Of a stretch of DNA of 64,000 nt, positions 43,120 through 52,708 are shown one piece after another. The notes under the pieces are model-generated. The model did no database searches. It was not told the DNA's origin and saw only the letters and a list, made by a program, of their open reading frames with translations. Position 1 is the stretch's first letter, and each line of letters begins with the position of its first letter. A program made the translations under genes and the position numbers. Origin of the DNA: Dehalococcoidia bacterium (GTDB lineage Bacteria > Chloroflexota > Dehalococcoidia > Lucifugimonadales > UBA3495); NCBI GenBank assembly GCA_965220245.1, contig CBDCPI010000006.1:201876-265875 (forward strand), written 5' to 3'.

Positions 43120-44466
43120 ATGGCCGCGGAGATCGTGCTTCCCCAATGGGGAATGGAAATGCAGGACGGGGTCATCATTAAATGGCTAAAGAAAGAGGGT
43201 GATCCGGTCCAGGAAGGGGAGCCGATTGTAGAGATCGAAACCGCCAAGCTACAAACGGAGTTGGAATCCACCGCCTCCGGTGTCTTGGCCCGTATCGTGG
43301 CCCAGGAGGGGGAGATCGTGCCGATCCGGGGCTTGTTGGCAGTTATAGCCGCCCCCGGGGAGGAAGTCTCCGCGCCTGCCTCTGCGGCCCCCGCTACAGC
43401 CCCGCGGCCAAGTACCCCGGCTCCCGTTGGACCCACCCCAGCGGCGGCCAGGCGTACCCCGGACGGCGCCGGGGTCCAGGTAGTCCCGGCGGCCCGCCGC
43501 TTGGCCCAAGAACACAATATCGACTTGACCCAAGTGACGGGCAGCGGTCCCCGGGGCCGGATTCTCATTGCCGATGTGGAAAAGGCGGTCCAAGACGCTG
43601 CTGCCCCTCCCCAACCGGCGGTTGACGGCGCCAGGGTGCAAGTCGTTCCGGCGGCCCGCCGCTTGGCCCAGGAAAACGGCATCGACTTGGCCCAAGTGCC
43701 GGGTAGTGGGCCCGGCGGCCGGATTCTGGTGGCCGATGTGGAGCAGGCCATCCAGGGCGCTAGTGCGGCAGCGCCCCAATCGGGCGCGGGCCAGACGATA
43801 TTGCTGGAAGGGATGCGCCGCACCATCGCCACCCGGATGTTGCAAAGCGTTCAGACCATGGCCCAAGTGACGGTCACTACCGAGGCCGACGTGACCGAAG
43901 CGATGGTGTTGCGTCAGGGGCTCTCCCGCCACCAGGACCAAGGCAGCATCAGCCCGCTCCACTTGGTGATCAAAGCTGCCGCCCGGGCCTTGAAAGACCA
44001 CCCCCGCCTGAACGCCCTCCAGATGGAGGACCGGGCGGAGATAGCTGACCGGATTAACATCGGCGTCGCCGTCGCCTTGGATGAGGGACTGATCACCCCG
44101 GTGATCCGGGACGCCGATACCAAGGCCCTGCGGGAACTGGCCGAAGAGGGCCGGGAATTGGCGGCCAAGACCAGAGAAGGAAGAGCCAGGCTGGAAGAGG
44201 TCACCGGCGGGACGTTTACTATTACCAATCTGGGCGCCTTTGGAATCGACGCTTTTACCCCCATCATCAATCCGCCTCAAGTGGCGATCCTGGGCGTTGG
44301 GCGAGTGATGGAAAAACCGGTGATCCGAGACGGTCAAGTGGCCAAGGGGTCGCTAATGTACCTGAGCTTGACCTTCGATCACCGGATCGTCGACGGGGCG
44401 CCGGCAGCGGAATTCCTTCAATCTGTGGCCAAATACTTGGCAGACCCTTGGTGGATGGTGTCTTAG
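43120..44466 (+). CDS. Dihydrolipoamide acyltransferase (E2) component
   Basis: ATG at 43120 after GGGAGAAGG. Lipoyl domain (IETAKLQTELES), two tandem E3/E1-binding domains (VVPAARRLAQE...GSGP.GRIL.ADVE), and a catalytic domain with DHRIVDG. Confidence 0.9.
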   Translation: MAAEIVLPQWGMEMQDGVIIKWLKKEGDPVQEGEPIVEIETAKLQTELESTASGVLARIVAQEGEIVPIRGLLAVIAAPGEEVSAPASAAPATAPRPSTPAPVGPTPAAARRTPDGAGVQVVPAARRLAQEHNIDLTQVTGSGPRGRILIADVEKAVQDAAAPPQPAVDGARVQVVPAARRLAQENGIDLAQVPGSGPGGRILVADVEQAIQGASAAAPQSGAGQTILLEGMRRTIATRMLQSVQTMAQVTVTTEADVTEAMVLRQGLSRHQDQGSISPLHLVIKAAARALKDHPRLNALQMEDRAEIADRINIGVAVALDEGLITPVIRDADTKALRELAEEGRELAAKTREGRARLEEVTGGTFTITNLGAFGIDAFTPIINPPQVAILGVGRVMEKPVIRDGQVAKGSLMYLSLTFDHRIVDGAPAAEFLQSVAKYLADPWWMVS

Positions 44467-44520
44467 CCCGGCAAGGGCGACCACAAGGGTCGTCCCTCCA
44501 GGGATGATGGCGTTGCGGGT

Positions 44521-45453
44521 CTAGTTGGCCGGTCCGTCGGACTCGGCTAACGTGGGCTTTACCGCGTGGCCGCCGAATTGATTACGTAGGGCGGCCAGCA
44601 AGCGGGGGCCGAAGGGTTGGTCTTGGCGAGACCGGAAACGTTGTTGCAGGGAAAGGGTAATCACCGGCGCCGGGACCGCCAACTCCACCGATTCTTGCAC
44701 CATCCAACGGCCTTCTCCGGAGTCATCCACGTAGGCTTGCAGGCCAGTCAGTCCGGGGTCCTCGGCCAGAGCGGCGGCGGCTAGGTCCAGTAGCCAGGAA
44801 CGGGCCACGCTGCCGTGGCGCCAAGTCTGGGCTACTTGGGCCAAGTCCAGGTCGAATTCTTTCTTGGCCTCCATAATTTCAAAGCCTTCGGCGTAGGCTT
44901 GCATCAAGCCGTACTCGACGCCGTTGTGGACCATCTTGACGAAATGCCCAGCGCCCACCGGTCCCACATGCCCCAGCCCTTGGTCTTCGCCGGGCGCCAG
45001 GGTTTGGAAGATGGGGAGCAAACGCTGGAATACCTCGGTTTTGCCGCCGATCATCAGAGAGTAGCCTTCGGTCAATCCCCAAATGCCGCCGCTGGTGCCC
45101 ACGTCCATAAAGTCGATGCCGTGGCTGGACAGCATCTCGGCGCGGCGCATACTGTCCTTGTAGTTGGCATTGCCTCCGTCCAGCACCGTATCGCCGGGCG
45201 CCAGCAAGGGGACTAAGCTATCAATGGTGTCCTCGGTGGGCTGTCCGGCCGGTACCATCACCCAGACGGCCCGGGGTTGGGACAAGCAACCCACCAAGGC
45301 ACCCAATGATGCGGCTCCCACCGCGCCGTCGGCTAGGCTGGAAGCCACCGCCTCCGCGCTCTGGTCGTAAGTTACTACCCGGTGCCCGCCTTGCAGCAAG
45401 CGGAGCACCATGTTGCCGCCCATACGGCCCAACCCGATCATCCCGATTTCCAT
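44521..45453 (-). CDS. gnd: 6-phosphogluconate dehydrogenase, short (~300 aa) decarboxylating type
   Basis: Start MEIGMIGLGRMGGNMVLRL at 45453. GHFVKMVHNGVEYGLMQAYAEGF. The longer track ORF reads through an upstream hairpin repeat. Confidence 0.85.
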   Translation of the reverse strand: MEIGMIGLGRMGGNMVLRLLQGGHRVVTYDQSAEAVASSLADGAVGAASLGALVGCLSQPRAVWVMVPAGQPTEDTIDSLVPLLAPGDTVLDGGNANYKDSMRRAEMLSSHGIDFMDVGTSGGIWGLTEGYSLMIGGKTEVFQRLLPIFQTLAPGEDQGLGHVGPVGAGHFVKMVHNGVEYGLMQAYAEGFEIMEAKKEFDLDLAQVAQTWRHGSVARSWLLDLAAAALAEDPGLTGLQAYVDDSGEGRWMVQESVELAVPAPVITLSLQQRFRSRQDQPFGPRLLAALRNQFGGHAVKPTLAESDGPAN

Positions 45454-45504
45454 CAAGTCCCCTTGGTGTTTCGTCAACTTAAATCGGATAAATGCGGCGA
45501 CCAA

Positions 45505-45580
45505 GGCAACCACAAGGGTTGCCCCTACATTTCTACGTTTCGGTATTGTGGCCATCGTAGCGGCGCCCCTTGTGGGCGCC
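45505..45580. repeat. Hairpin repeat of the ggcaaccacaagggttgcccctac family
   Basis: ggcaaccacaagggttgcccctaca at 45505-45529 and gtagcggcgccccttgtgggcgcc at 45557-45580 are inverted copies. Confidence 0.75.
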
Positions 45581-45638
45581 CAGTGGTCGTAGTGGCCGAC
45601 TCCGCCCAAAATCTCCCTCCCAATATCTCCAATGAAGT

Positions 45639-47294
45639 TCAAGGAGCAACCAAGCCGGACAAGCCGGCTACCGGGTCTTGGCCCAAGTGGACCCGAACCA
45701 CCCGCCGGCCGGCTTTACGTAGGGCCGCCATATCCCCGGCAGCTTGGGCATCCGCCAACATCCTGAAGCTAAAGCCTTGGTTGGGGATTGCCAGCTCCTG
45801 AGGATGGTCAGCCGTAAGCTGGAGAAACAGACCGGAATCGGGGCCGCCCTTGTGCAGTTGGCCGGTGGAGTGAAGGAACCGAGGACCGTAGCCGAGAGTT
45901 GTAGCCACACCATACCGCTGGATGGTCTTACTCCGTAGCGCAGCCAACGCTTGGTTCAACTCCGGCGTCTGGTGGAGGTAGGCCATGATCGCCATATAAT
46001 CGCTGGCCTTGGCGTCAGCCAGCAGGTTAGTCAGAGATGCGGTGGGTTCCATCGCCAGAGATTGGCCGGTGCCTTGATACTGCCCGAGCAGAGAGTCGGT
46101 CAGGTCCTTTGACGCTTGGACGTTTGGTTGGTCGAAGGGGTTGACGCCCAGGTAGCCGCCAGCCATGGCCGTAGCCATCTCCCACCGAAAGAACTCGGCC
46201 CCAAGGCCGTACTCGTCTGGCAAATCAAAGCGCATCACCGGATGCCCGGCATTCTGGACAGCCTCGATGGCAGCGTCCGTAGCGCTATTGTCCTCTTCGC
46301 TTAATCTCAGGTACACAAAAAACCGGTCTTGGCCATAGTGTTCCGGGGATGCAAGCGGCTCCCCGGCCACCGGAACGATTCCCAGGCCCTCTTTCCCGGT
46401 GCTCTCGGCGATCAACTGCTCCACCCAGAGGCCGAAGCTGGCGATTGCCGGAGAGGTGATCAGGGTAAGCTTGTCGCGCCCTTGGCGGGCCAGCAAGGCC
46501 ATCGCTACGCCGAGCCAAGTAGCGGGATTATCATTGGTCGGGATGTTGGGAACGCACCGGTTCCGCATGGCGTCGGCGCGGTACAGTAACTTCTCGACAT
46601 TGATGCCGGTTATAGTCGCAGGGACCAATCCAAAGTAGGACAAGACCGAGTAACGGCCCCCGATGTCGGACGGGTTGAGAAACACCCGGCGAAAGCCTTG
46701 GTCTTTAGCTAATCTTTCCAGGACCGTTCCGGGGTCGGTGACCGCGATGAAGTGCCGCCCCGCTCGTTCTTTATCCACCGCTTTTTCCACCAGGTCTCGG
46801 AAGTAGACGTAGAACATGTTCGGTTCGGTGGTGGAGCCGGACTTGGATGAGACCAGGAACAGGGTTGTCGCCGGGTCTATTGCTTGGGCGACGGCGCTTA
46901 CCCAAGCGGGAACGGTCGAGTCCAGCACGATTAACTCAGGGTATCCGGGGGCGCTGCCGAAGGACTGGCGCAAGACCTCCGGCCCCAAGCTGCTGCCTCC
47001 CATGCCCAACAGCACCAAGTGGCGAAAGCCCTCGCCGCGTATCTCTTGGGCAAAGGCAGCCAACGCCGGTAATTGCTGCTCCATGAAGCCGCTGACGGTG
47101 AGCCAGCCCAGCCGGTTGGTGATTTCGGTAGGGTCCGGCTTCCACACCGTATGGTCCCCCCACCAAATGCGGGGAACAACCTCGTCTTGGCGCAGCTTTT
47201 CCAAGGCAGCTTCCACCCTGGGCAAATAGGCTCCCAACGAGACGCCTGTGGGTTGGCGCTCCCCAGCCTTCGGTTGGGAGTCCGGTTCGTTCAC
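45639..47294 (-). CDS. pgi: Glucose-6-phosphate isomerase
   Basis: 551 aa. LGMGGSSLGPEV, SKSGSTTEP and GGRYSVLS are SIS/PGI signature blocks. Confidence 0.85.
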   Translation of the reverse strand: MNEPDSQPKAGERQPTGVSLGAYLPRVEAALEKLRQDEVVPRIWWGDHTVWKPDPTEITNRLGWLTVSGFMEQQLPALAAFAQEIRGEGFRHLVLLGMGGSSLGPEVLRQSFGSAPGYPELIVLDSTVPAWVSAVAQAIDPATTLFLVSSKSGSTTEPNMFYVYFRDLVEKAVDKERAGRHFIAVTDPGTVLERLAKDQGFRRVFLNPSDIGGRYSVLSYFGLVPATITGINVEKLLYRADAMRNRCVPNIPTNDNPATWLGVAMALLARQGRDKLTLITSPAIASFGLWVEQLIAESTGKEGLGIVPVAGEPLASPEHYGQDRFFVYLRLSEEDNSATDAAIEAVQNAGHPVMRFDLPDEYGLGAEFFRWEMATAMAGGYLGVNPFDQPNVQASKDLTDSLLGQYQGTGQSLAMEPTASLTNLLADAKASDYMAIMAYLHQTPELNQALAALRSKTIQRYGVATTLGYGPRFLHSTGQLHKGGPDSGLFLQLTADHPQELAIPNQGFSFRMLADAQAAGDMAALRKAGRRVVRVHLGQDPVAGLSGLVAP

Positions 47295-47295
47295 C

Positions 47296-47760
47296 TTAGT
47301 CGCGGACCTCGATTACGCAGTCCACGATGACCGCAGTGTTTCCGGGCAACGCCCCCATGCCGGGGGCCGACCGGCTGTGCCGCCCTTGGTCACCGAACAC
47401 GGCGACGAACAAGTCCGATGCGCCGTCCACGACGCGGGGTTGGTCCACAAAGTTCGGGGCACTGTTGACCATGCCGACCACTTTTAGAATGCGGCTGACT
47501 TTGTCCAAGTCCCCAAGCTCGGCTTTCATCCGGGCCAATAGGTTCAGCGCAGCCCAGCGGGCCGCCTCATAGCCTTGGTCCACCGTCAGGTCGTCGCCCA
47601 ACTTGCCGGTTATGCTGGCCCCGTCGGCCATTCGAGAGCCCACGCCGGCCATCCACATAAGGTTGCCGCTCCTGGTGACGGGCAGGTAATTGCCCACCGG
47701 CGCCGGCGGGGTGGGCAACTGGTAACCCATGCTTGCCAGCTTGGACTCCACTATCGACAT
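47296..47760 (-). CDS. RidA/YjgF-family protein
   Basis: 154 aa. Shows the YjgF/RidA pattern ...GNLMWMAGVG...ARWAALNLLA...PGNTAVIVDCVIEV. Confidence 0.75.
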   Translation of the reverse strand: MSIVESKLASMGYQLPTPPAPVGNYLPVTRSGNLMWMAGVGSRMADGASITGKLGDDLTVDQGYEAARWAALNLLARMKAELGDLDKVSRILKVVGMVNSAPNFVDQPRVVDGASDLFVAVFGDQGRHSRSAPGMGALPGNTAVIVDCVIEVRD

Positions 47761-47776
47761 ATAAACCGCTCCTAGG

Positions 47777-48370
47777 TTAGGACGTGAACCGGGTCTTGTA
47801 TTCGGCGGTCATTGCCCTTTGGGCAACCTCGCAGATAATGTGCCCAATGGTTATGTGGGCTTCTTGGACCCGGGGCACACTCTTGGCGGGGACTTCGATT
47901 ACTATGTCAGCGATTTCGCTGATAGGGCCGCCTTCGCCGGACAACGCCACCGTCCGAGCGCCCAGCCTATTAGCCGCGACTAGCCCGTTGATTACGTTCG
48001 GGGAGCTTCCGCTGGTGCTCAACCCGATTGCCAGGTCGCCTTCCTTCACTATGGCCTCAATCTGGCGGCTGAACACTTCTTGGTATCCAAGGTCATTGCT
48101 GACCGCCGTCAGCAGTGCGGTGTTGTCGGATAGAGCGATGGCCAGCAGACCGCGGGCCGTATCCGGGCCCTCGGTTATCCCCAGCATCTCTGCGGCAATG
48201 TGCTGGGCGTCGCAGGAACTGCCCCCATTGCCGAATAGCACGACCTTCCCGCCCTGTTTCAGAGTGTCGGTAACCGCCGTTGCGGCTTCCGTGATGCGCG
48301 GGGACGCACGTTTTAGGCTTTCCATCACATTGATGTGATCACCGATAGCTTGCAGAACGGTATCTTCCAT
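47777..48370 (-). CDS. SIS-domain sugar-phosphate isomerase (GmhA/phosphoheptose isomerase-like)
   Basis: 197 aa. VVLFGNGGSSCDAQHIAAE...GLSTSGSSPNV...HITIGHIICE. Confidence 0.8.
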   Translation of the reverse strand: MEDTVLQAIGDHINVMESLKRASPRITEAATAVTDTLKQGGKVVLFGNGGSSCDAQHIAAEMLGITEGPDTARGLLAIALSDNTALLTAVSNDLGYQEVFSRQIEAIVKEGDLAIGLSTSGSSPNVINGLVAANRLGARTVALSGEGGPISEIADIVIEVPAKSVPRVQEAHITIGHIICEVAQRAMTAEYKTRFTS

Positions 48371-48403
48371 CGCTTTCTAATCCACTTGAGGGCCGAATTC
48401 CTC

Positions 48404-48964
48404 TTACCCCTTGCGAGCCAACACCCGGACCGACGCCCTATCGCCGAACCAGCCCTCCTGGTAGTACACGATTTGCAGCGGGCCGCAGTCTTGGCGCAGT
48501 TCTCCGGGCTCGGCCAAGTACTGCAAGGACGGGTGAGCGTGCCGCTGTAGGTTGGGGACGGTGGACACTTCCGCCAGGAAATAGCCCCCAGCCTTCAAGC
48601 TTGCGCGAATGAAGGGAAACAGGTCGCGTTGGCGGTAGTTAAAGCAGGTGATCAGGTCGAACGGGCCCGTGGGCAACGGACCGGCTTCCAAGTCCACCGC
48701 CAGCGTTTCGATCCGGAGACCCTGGGCCAAGGCGGCCTGCCCCGCCAAGTCCAGCCCGGCCGGGGAGATGTCCACCGCCAAGACATCAAAGCCCCGTTCC
48801 GCCAGCCATAAGCCTATACGCCCGGCCCCGGCCGCAATGTCCAGAGCCCAACCCTGCCGGGGAAGCGCCTCGTCAATTTCTTGGAGCCAGTCGGGAGGCG
48901 CTAAATCGGGCTTGTCGGCCTGGGTATACTGGTAGTCCCATTTGATGCGGTCCGATTCTGCCAT
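48404..48964 (-). CDS. Class I SAM-dependent methyltransferase
   Basis: 186 aa with motif I, ALDIAAGAGRIGLWLAERGFDVLAVDIS. Confidence 0.8.
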   Translation of the reverse strand: MAESDRIKWDYQYTQADKPDLAPPDWLQEIDEALPRQGWALDIAAGAGRIGLWLAERGFDVLAVDISPAGLDLAGQAALAQGLRIETLAVDLEAGPLPTGPFDLITCFNYRQRDLFPFIRASLKAGGYFLAEVSTVPNLQRHAHPSLQYLAEPGELRQDCGPLQIVYYQEGWFGDRASVRVLARKG

Positions 48965-49032
48965 ACCCGCCTAGGAAAGACCTTGGCTCCGTCCATTGTA
49001 CCAACCGGGACTAGGGCAAAGCTCGGCAGGAG

Positions 49033-49512
49033 CTAATCGTCTGCCGCTACCAGAGGCTCCTCCAGCTTCCAGGGGAACTCGCCGCCAAAGAGGCCCTTGT
49101 CCTCCGGCCATTCCCACTGGTCCTTGGGCATCTCGTAGTAGACCTCGATTTCGTTGTTGTCGGGGTCCACTAGGTACACGCCTAAGGAGATGCCGTGGTC
49201 GCCGATGCGGAGAATTCGGGCGCCGTTCTCCTTGAGCCGGGAGTACAACTCTTGCAGGTCCTCGAAGGTCTCCATCTGCCAGGCCATGTGGGCTTGTCCC
49301 ACCCGTGATTCGTCGGGGTCTCCGGCGTCCATGCCGATGGCCCGGATCGCCAACTCATGGGACTTCTCGGTGTTGGCCGACATAAATACAGTGCCGCTGG
49401 CGGTCCGCTCCATGATGGTCAGGCCCATCACCCGGGTGTAGAAGTCCAAGGACCGTTCCATGTCGCGCACACGCATGACCACGTGCCCCAGATGCTTTGG
49501 TGTGTAACCCAT
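49033..49512 (-). CDS. VOC-family (glyoxalase/extradiol dioxygenase-like) protein
   Basis: ATG at 49512 after AGGAGGAAAGGAA. HLGHVVMRVRDMERSLDFYTRVMGL...HMAWQMETFEDL. Confidence 0.8.
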   Translation of the reverse strand: MGYTPKHLGHVVMRVRDMERSLDFYTRVMGLTIMERTASGTVFMSANTEKSHELAIRAIGMDAGDPDESRVGQAHMAWQMETFEDLQELYSRLKENGARILRIGDHGISLGVYLVDPDNNEIEVYYEMPKDQWEWPEDKGLFGGEFPWKLEEPLVAADD

Positions 49513-49528
49513 TTCCTTTCCTCCTGCT

Positions 49529-50983
49529 TTAGTCTTCCAGGGCCATGAAATCCCGGACGCGCTGCTTAAAGGGTTCCTTGTTGTAGTTATTGAACAGCAT
49601 GGTGGCGTTACGTACCGGGTTTCCGCCAAACATCCGTTCGTATAGCACTTGGCGCCCGCTAAAAGAGCTGCACGCTACGTCCCACGCCAAGTGGAACAAA
49701 CGCGCCCGTTCGCGGGCGTTGCTGGTGTCGGTGGACAAATACCGGTCTATTTCCGGCGCCAAAGCGGTGTCGAAGTCGGCCTCGGCCGGCAGCGCCATGA
49801 GACTGCTGGTGCCCAGCAACTGGATGATTTCGATCATTCTGGGGTAGAGCGTCCTGCCAAAAATCGTGCGGCCCGCTTGGATGGGCCCAATCGCCGGGGA
49901 CATCACCCCCCATTGGTTGGGGACGGCGTCCGCCTCGGCGGCCCGCAGGCAAGCCCGCATCAAGTCCCGCTGGGTAATCACTTCGGCCACCAATTCTTGG
50001 ACGTGGGGAATGGCGCCTGAGCCCAGTGTCTCCACTATCAGGTCCGCCAAGCCCAAGATAAACTCGGCCTTCACCACGCACCGGGTCAACACTTGGTGTC
50101 CGGTGTGGGAATTGGAATGGGTGCCGGTGCCGTAGTTGTTACACAACTCCACATCCCCCATCAGAAAGACCCTTTCCCAGGGCACCAGCACATCGTCAAA
50201 AAAGACGGTCGAATCCATCTCTTCGAACCGGGAACCCAGGGGATGGTTAAAGTGGGACCGGCCCAAGTCTAAGCTCTCCCGACAAAGGAACTTCACGCCG
50301 GGAGTGTCGCAGGGGATGGAGAAGGAGAACGACTGTCGAGTGTCAGCTTCATGCAAGCGGTGACTGGCCGCCGGATAAATGGCTATCTCATCGGAGATCG
50401 GCCCCAAGGTCGCTAACACCCGGCTGCCGCGTACCACCATCCCGGCGTCGTTCTCGTCGACCACCGTCAGGGCGACCTGATCACTCAGCACGTCGGCGGG
50501 ACCGGGAGAACGGCGGCGTTGCAAGTTTACCAAGGCGTGGGTCAGGGTAAGGTCATTTTCGCGGATAAACTTGTGGTAGTTGATTACGTTTTTCTTGAAC
50601 TCGGGGCGGTCCTGGGCGAAATAGTCCCCCGCGCCAGCCCAAGCCGCGAAGATGACGTTCAGGAAGTCCGGAGACCGGCCCATCATGCCGCAACTGGCCC
50701 AAGCCCAGCGCTCCATCATGCTGCGCCGCCGTTCCAAGTCTTCAATGGTCTCCGGGACCAGGAACGAGAGGCCCACCGGTTGGCCGCTGGTGGGAGACGG
50801 AAAGGTCATCTCTTCCAGCAACGCCGGGTCGTTTTGCATATCATATAAGCCGGCCACCGACTTGATGCCGTTGCGGAAGGCGGGGTGAGTGGTTATGTCG
50901 CCAACGCTTTCGCCGTCAATCCACACTTCCTTAGGGCGCTCTTTGAGACCAAGAATATACTCTTGTCCGGTGCGTGCTGGCAT
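49529..50983 (-). CDS. 4-hydroxyphenylacetate 3-hydroxylase (HpaB)-family flavin monooxygenase, oxygenase component
   Basis: 484 aa. N-terminus MPARTGQEYILGLKERPKEVWIDGESVGDITTHPAFRN and overall HpaB-family length and layout. Confidence 0.8.
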   Translation of the reverse strand: MPARTGQEYILGLKERPKEVWIDGESVGDITTHPAFRNGIKSVAGLYDMQNDPALLEEMTFPSPTSGQPVGLSFLVPETIEDLERRRSMMERWAWASCGMMGRSPDFLNVIFAAWAGAGDYFAQDRPEFKKNVINYHKFIRENDLTLTHALVNLQRRRSPGPADVLSDQVALTVVDENDAGMVVRGSRVLATLGPISDEIAIYPAASHRLHEADTRQSFSFSIPCDTPGVKFLCRESLDLGRSHFNHPLGSRFEEMDSTVFFDDVLVPWERVFLMGDVELCNNYGTGTHSNSHTGHQVLTRCVVKAEFILGLADLIVETLGSGAIPHVQELVAEVITQRDLMRACLRAAEADAVPNQWGVMSPAIGPIQAGRTIFGRTLYPRMIEIIQLLGTSSLMALPAEADFDTALAPEIDRYLSTDTSNARERARLFHLAWDVACSSFSGRQVLYERMFGGNPVRNATMLFNNYNKEPFKQRVRDFMALED

Positions 50984-51088
50984 CCTTCTCCCTCCTTCCC
51001 AAGAGGCCGTCCGGTGGTCGTGGCGCAGTCCCTCGGGACCCGTTCATTCTACCATGCCCACGCTCCTGGGGTGGGGTCCTTTCCGGAG

Positions 51089-51243
51089 TCTTTCAGTTTT
51101 TATGTTGGAGTGGTGCAGTAACCCCCTACTGAGTTATTCTGAGGAGCTTGCCACGAAGAATCTAAAGTTTTTCGGCGGCAAAATAGTTGGAATGGGCAGG
51201 ATTTTAGACCCTTCGCTGCGCTCAGGGTGACAACTGAAAGACC
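51089..51243. mobile_element. MITE-like element, family with TTTCAGTT...AACTGAAA termini, copy 2
   Basis: See 37510-37669. It shares tttcagttt..atgttggagtggtgcagtaac.ccctac...ttctgaggagctt.c.acgaagaatctaaagtttttcggcggcaaaat.gttgg.atgggcaggattttagacccttcgctgcgctcagggtgaca...actgaaagacc. Confidence 0.75.
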
Positions 51244-51414
51244 CTGCGCTCCTTTCCCAGGGTTTGGTGTTGCTGATGGATTACCCGACGCCCGCTTGCG
51301 GCTTAGCCGAGGTTTGAGTACCATGAGGCCAAGTAGCCGGCGCCAATTAGCCGGTCTAACCTACGGTCCTGCTAGTCCTACTGGAGTAACCATCAAACAC
51401 CCGCTGGAGCTACT

Positions 51415-52344
51415 ATGAAGCTAGTTTTCTACAACGACTTTACCCTTGGCGTCATCAAAGGCGATACCGTGGTCGATGTGTCGGCCGCGGTCAGTGGTGT
51501 AACCCACACCTCGCCGCAGGACCTTATTAACCGGGTCATAGAAGACTTCCCGCAACACCGGGGAAATCTTCAGGCCGCTGCCGACCAAGGCGTGGGAGTG
51601 TCCCTGAGCCAAGTACGGCTCCGCTCCCCCTTACCCAAGCCGGGCAATATCGTAGCGATGGCCGTCAATTATATGGAGGATGGCACCAGGGACGAACCGG
51701 CGCCGATCAACGCCTTCCACAAATCGCCCAACGCAGTGGTTGGGCACGGCGACACCATGATACTTCCCGACATCCCGGCCACCATATTCGAAGGGGAAGC
51801 CGAGATGGCCCTAGTAATCGGCAAAAGGGCCAACCAGGTCCGGGCGGAGGACGCTTACGATTATGTTTTCGGCTACCTGAACTTCATTGATGGATCGGCC
51901 CGAGGGCTGCAACCGGGTGGAAACACCTTTTACCAGATGAAGTCCCGCCGGGGCTTCGCTCCCATGGGCCCCTGGCTGGTTACCGCCGACGAGATCGAAG
52001 ACCCGCATAACCTTCCCGTCAGACTTTGGGTCAACGAGGACTTGAAGCAGAACTTCAATACCAATGATATGGCCCACCAGATTCCCCGCATCGTGGAGTG
52101 GGTAAGCTCGTTGCACGAACTGGAGCCGGGGGATGTCATCGCGACGGGCACCAATCACCGGGGCCTGAGCGCCTTCCAAGACGGCGACAACATTGAGCTA
52201 GAGGTGCAGGGGCTGGGTACGTTGCAGATCAACGTTCAAGACGACCTGAAGCGGGTGTGGCCCAGGACTACCAGGCTCGAGATGGCGGAACAAGGCCGGG
52301 AGGGCACCGCGCCCCAGTCCTCGGGGAAGTACGCCCCCGGCTGA
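51415..52344 (+). CDS. Fumarylacetoacetate hydrolase (FAH)-family protein
   Basis: 309 aa. PLPKPGNIVAMAVNY...FEGEAEMALVIGKRA...GDVIATGT. Confidence 0.85.
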   Translation: MKLVFYNDFTLGVIKGDTVVDVSAAVSGVTHTSPQDLINRVIEDFPQHRGNLQAAADQGVGVSLSQVRLRSPLPKPGNIVAMAVNYMEDGTRDEPAPINAFHKSPNAVVGHGDTMILPDIPATIFEGEAEMALVIGKRANQVRAEDAYDYVFGYLNFIDGSARGLQPGGNTFYQMKSRRGFAPMGPWLVTADEIEDPHNLPVRLWVNEDLKQNFNTNDMAHQIPRIVEWVSSLHELEPGDVIATGTNHRGLSAFQDGDNIELEVQGLGTLQINVQDDLKRVWPRTTRLEMAEQGREGTAPQSSGKYAPG

Positions 52345-52406
52345 GGCACTAAGCGGAAGCCCCACCCCGGCAACGGTTCCTTGGGAAGCGGACCGCCCTA
52401 GTCAAT

Positions 52407-52615
52407 TACTGATGCGTGAGTAAACATCTAAACCAAGCCATCCCGTAATTACCATGAAAATACCCAACCCGTCATTCCCGCCTGCGCGGGAATCCACTAT
52501 CCCTTATCGTTAGTTCCATTGCGAAATCGCCCACCACCTACCTCTGGACTCCAGCTTTTGTAGGAGTGACAGGAGGGGGTGCGCCAGAGGTTAGTTCTTT
52601 GTTCCCGTATCGGTA
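52407..52615. mobile_element. TA-flanked MITE (CTGATRCGTGAACAA...CTAAAC termini), copy 1
   Basis: Left terminus ctgatgcgtgagtaaacatctaaac starts at 52409. The right terminus ggttagttctttgttcccgtatcgg ends at 52613 and is its imperfect inverse. TA is present on both flanks. The interior hairpin is gtcattcccgcctgcgcgggaatcc. Confidence 0.7.
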
Positions 52616-52708
52616 AACGAGGTGCCCCGCTCGGATTGCTCCGAGCGGGGCACCAGTTGTGACACAGGGGCAAACGGCCGGAGCCGTTTCAATGCTGAAT
52701 GGTGACTG

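Noticed and set aside
43474-43755. Internal ~160-bp duplication in the E2 acyltransferase gene, giving two VQVVPAARRLAQE...GSGP.GRIL.ADVE segments.
   Set aside because: It corresponds to two copies of the peripheral subunit-binding domain joined by Ala/Pro linkers. Domain-number variation in E2 chains is ordinary.
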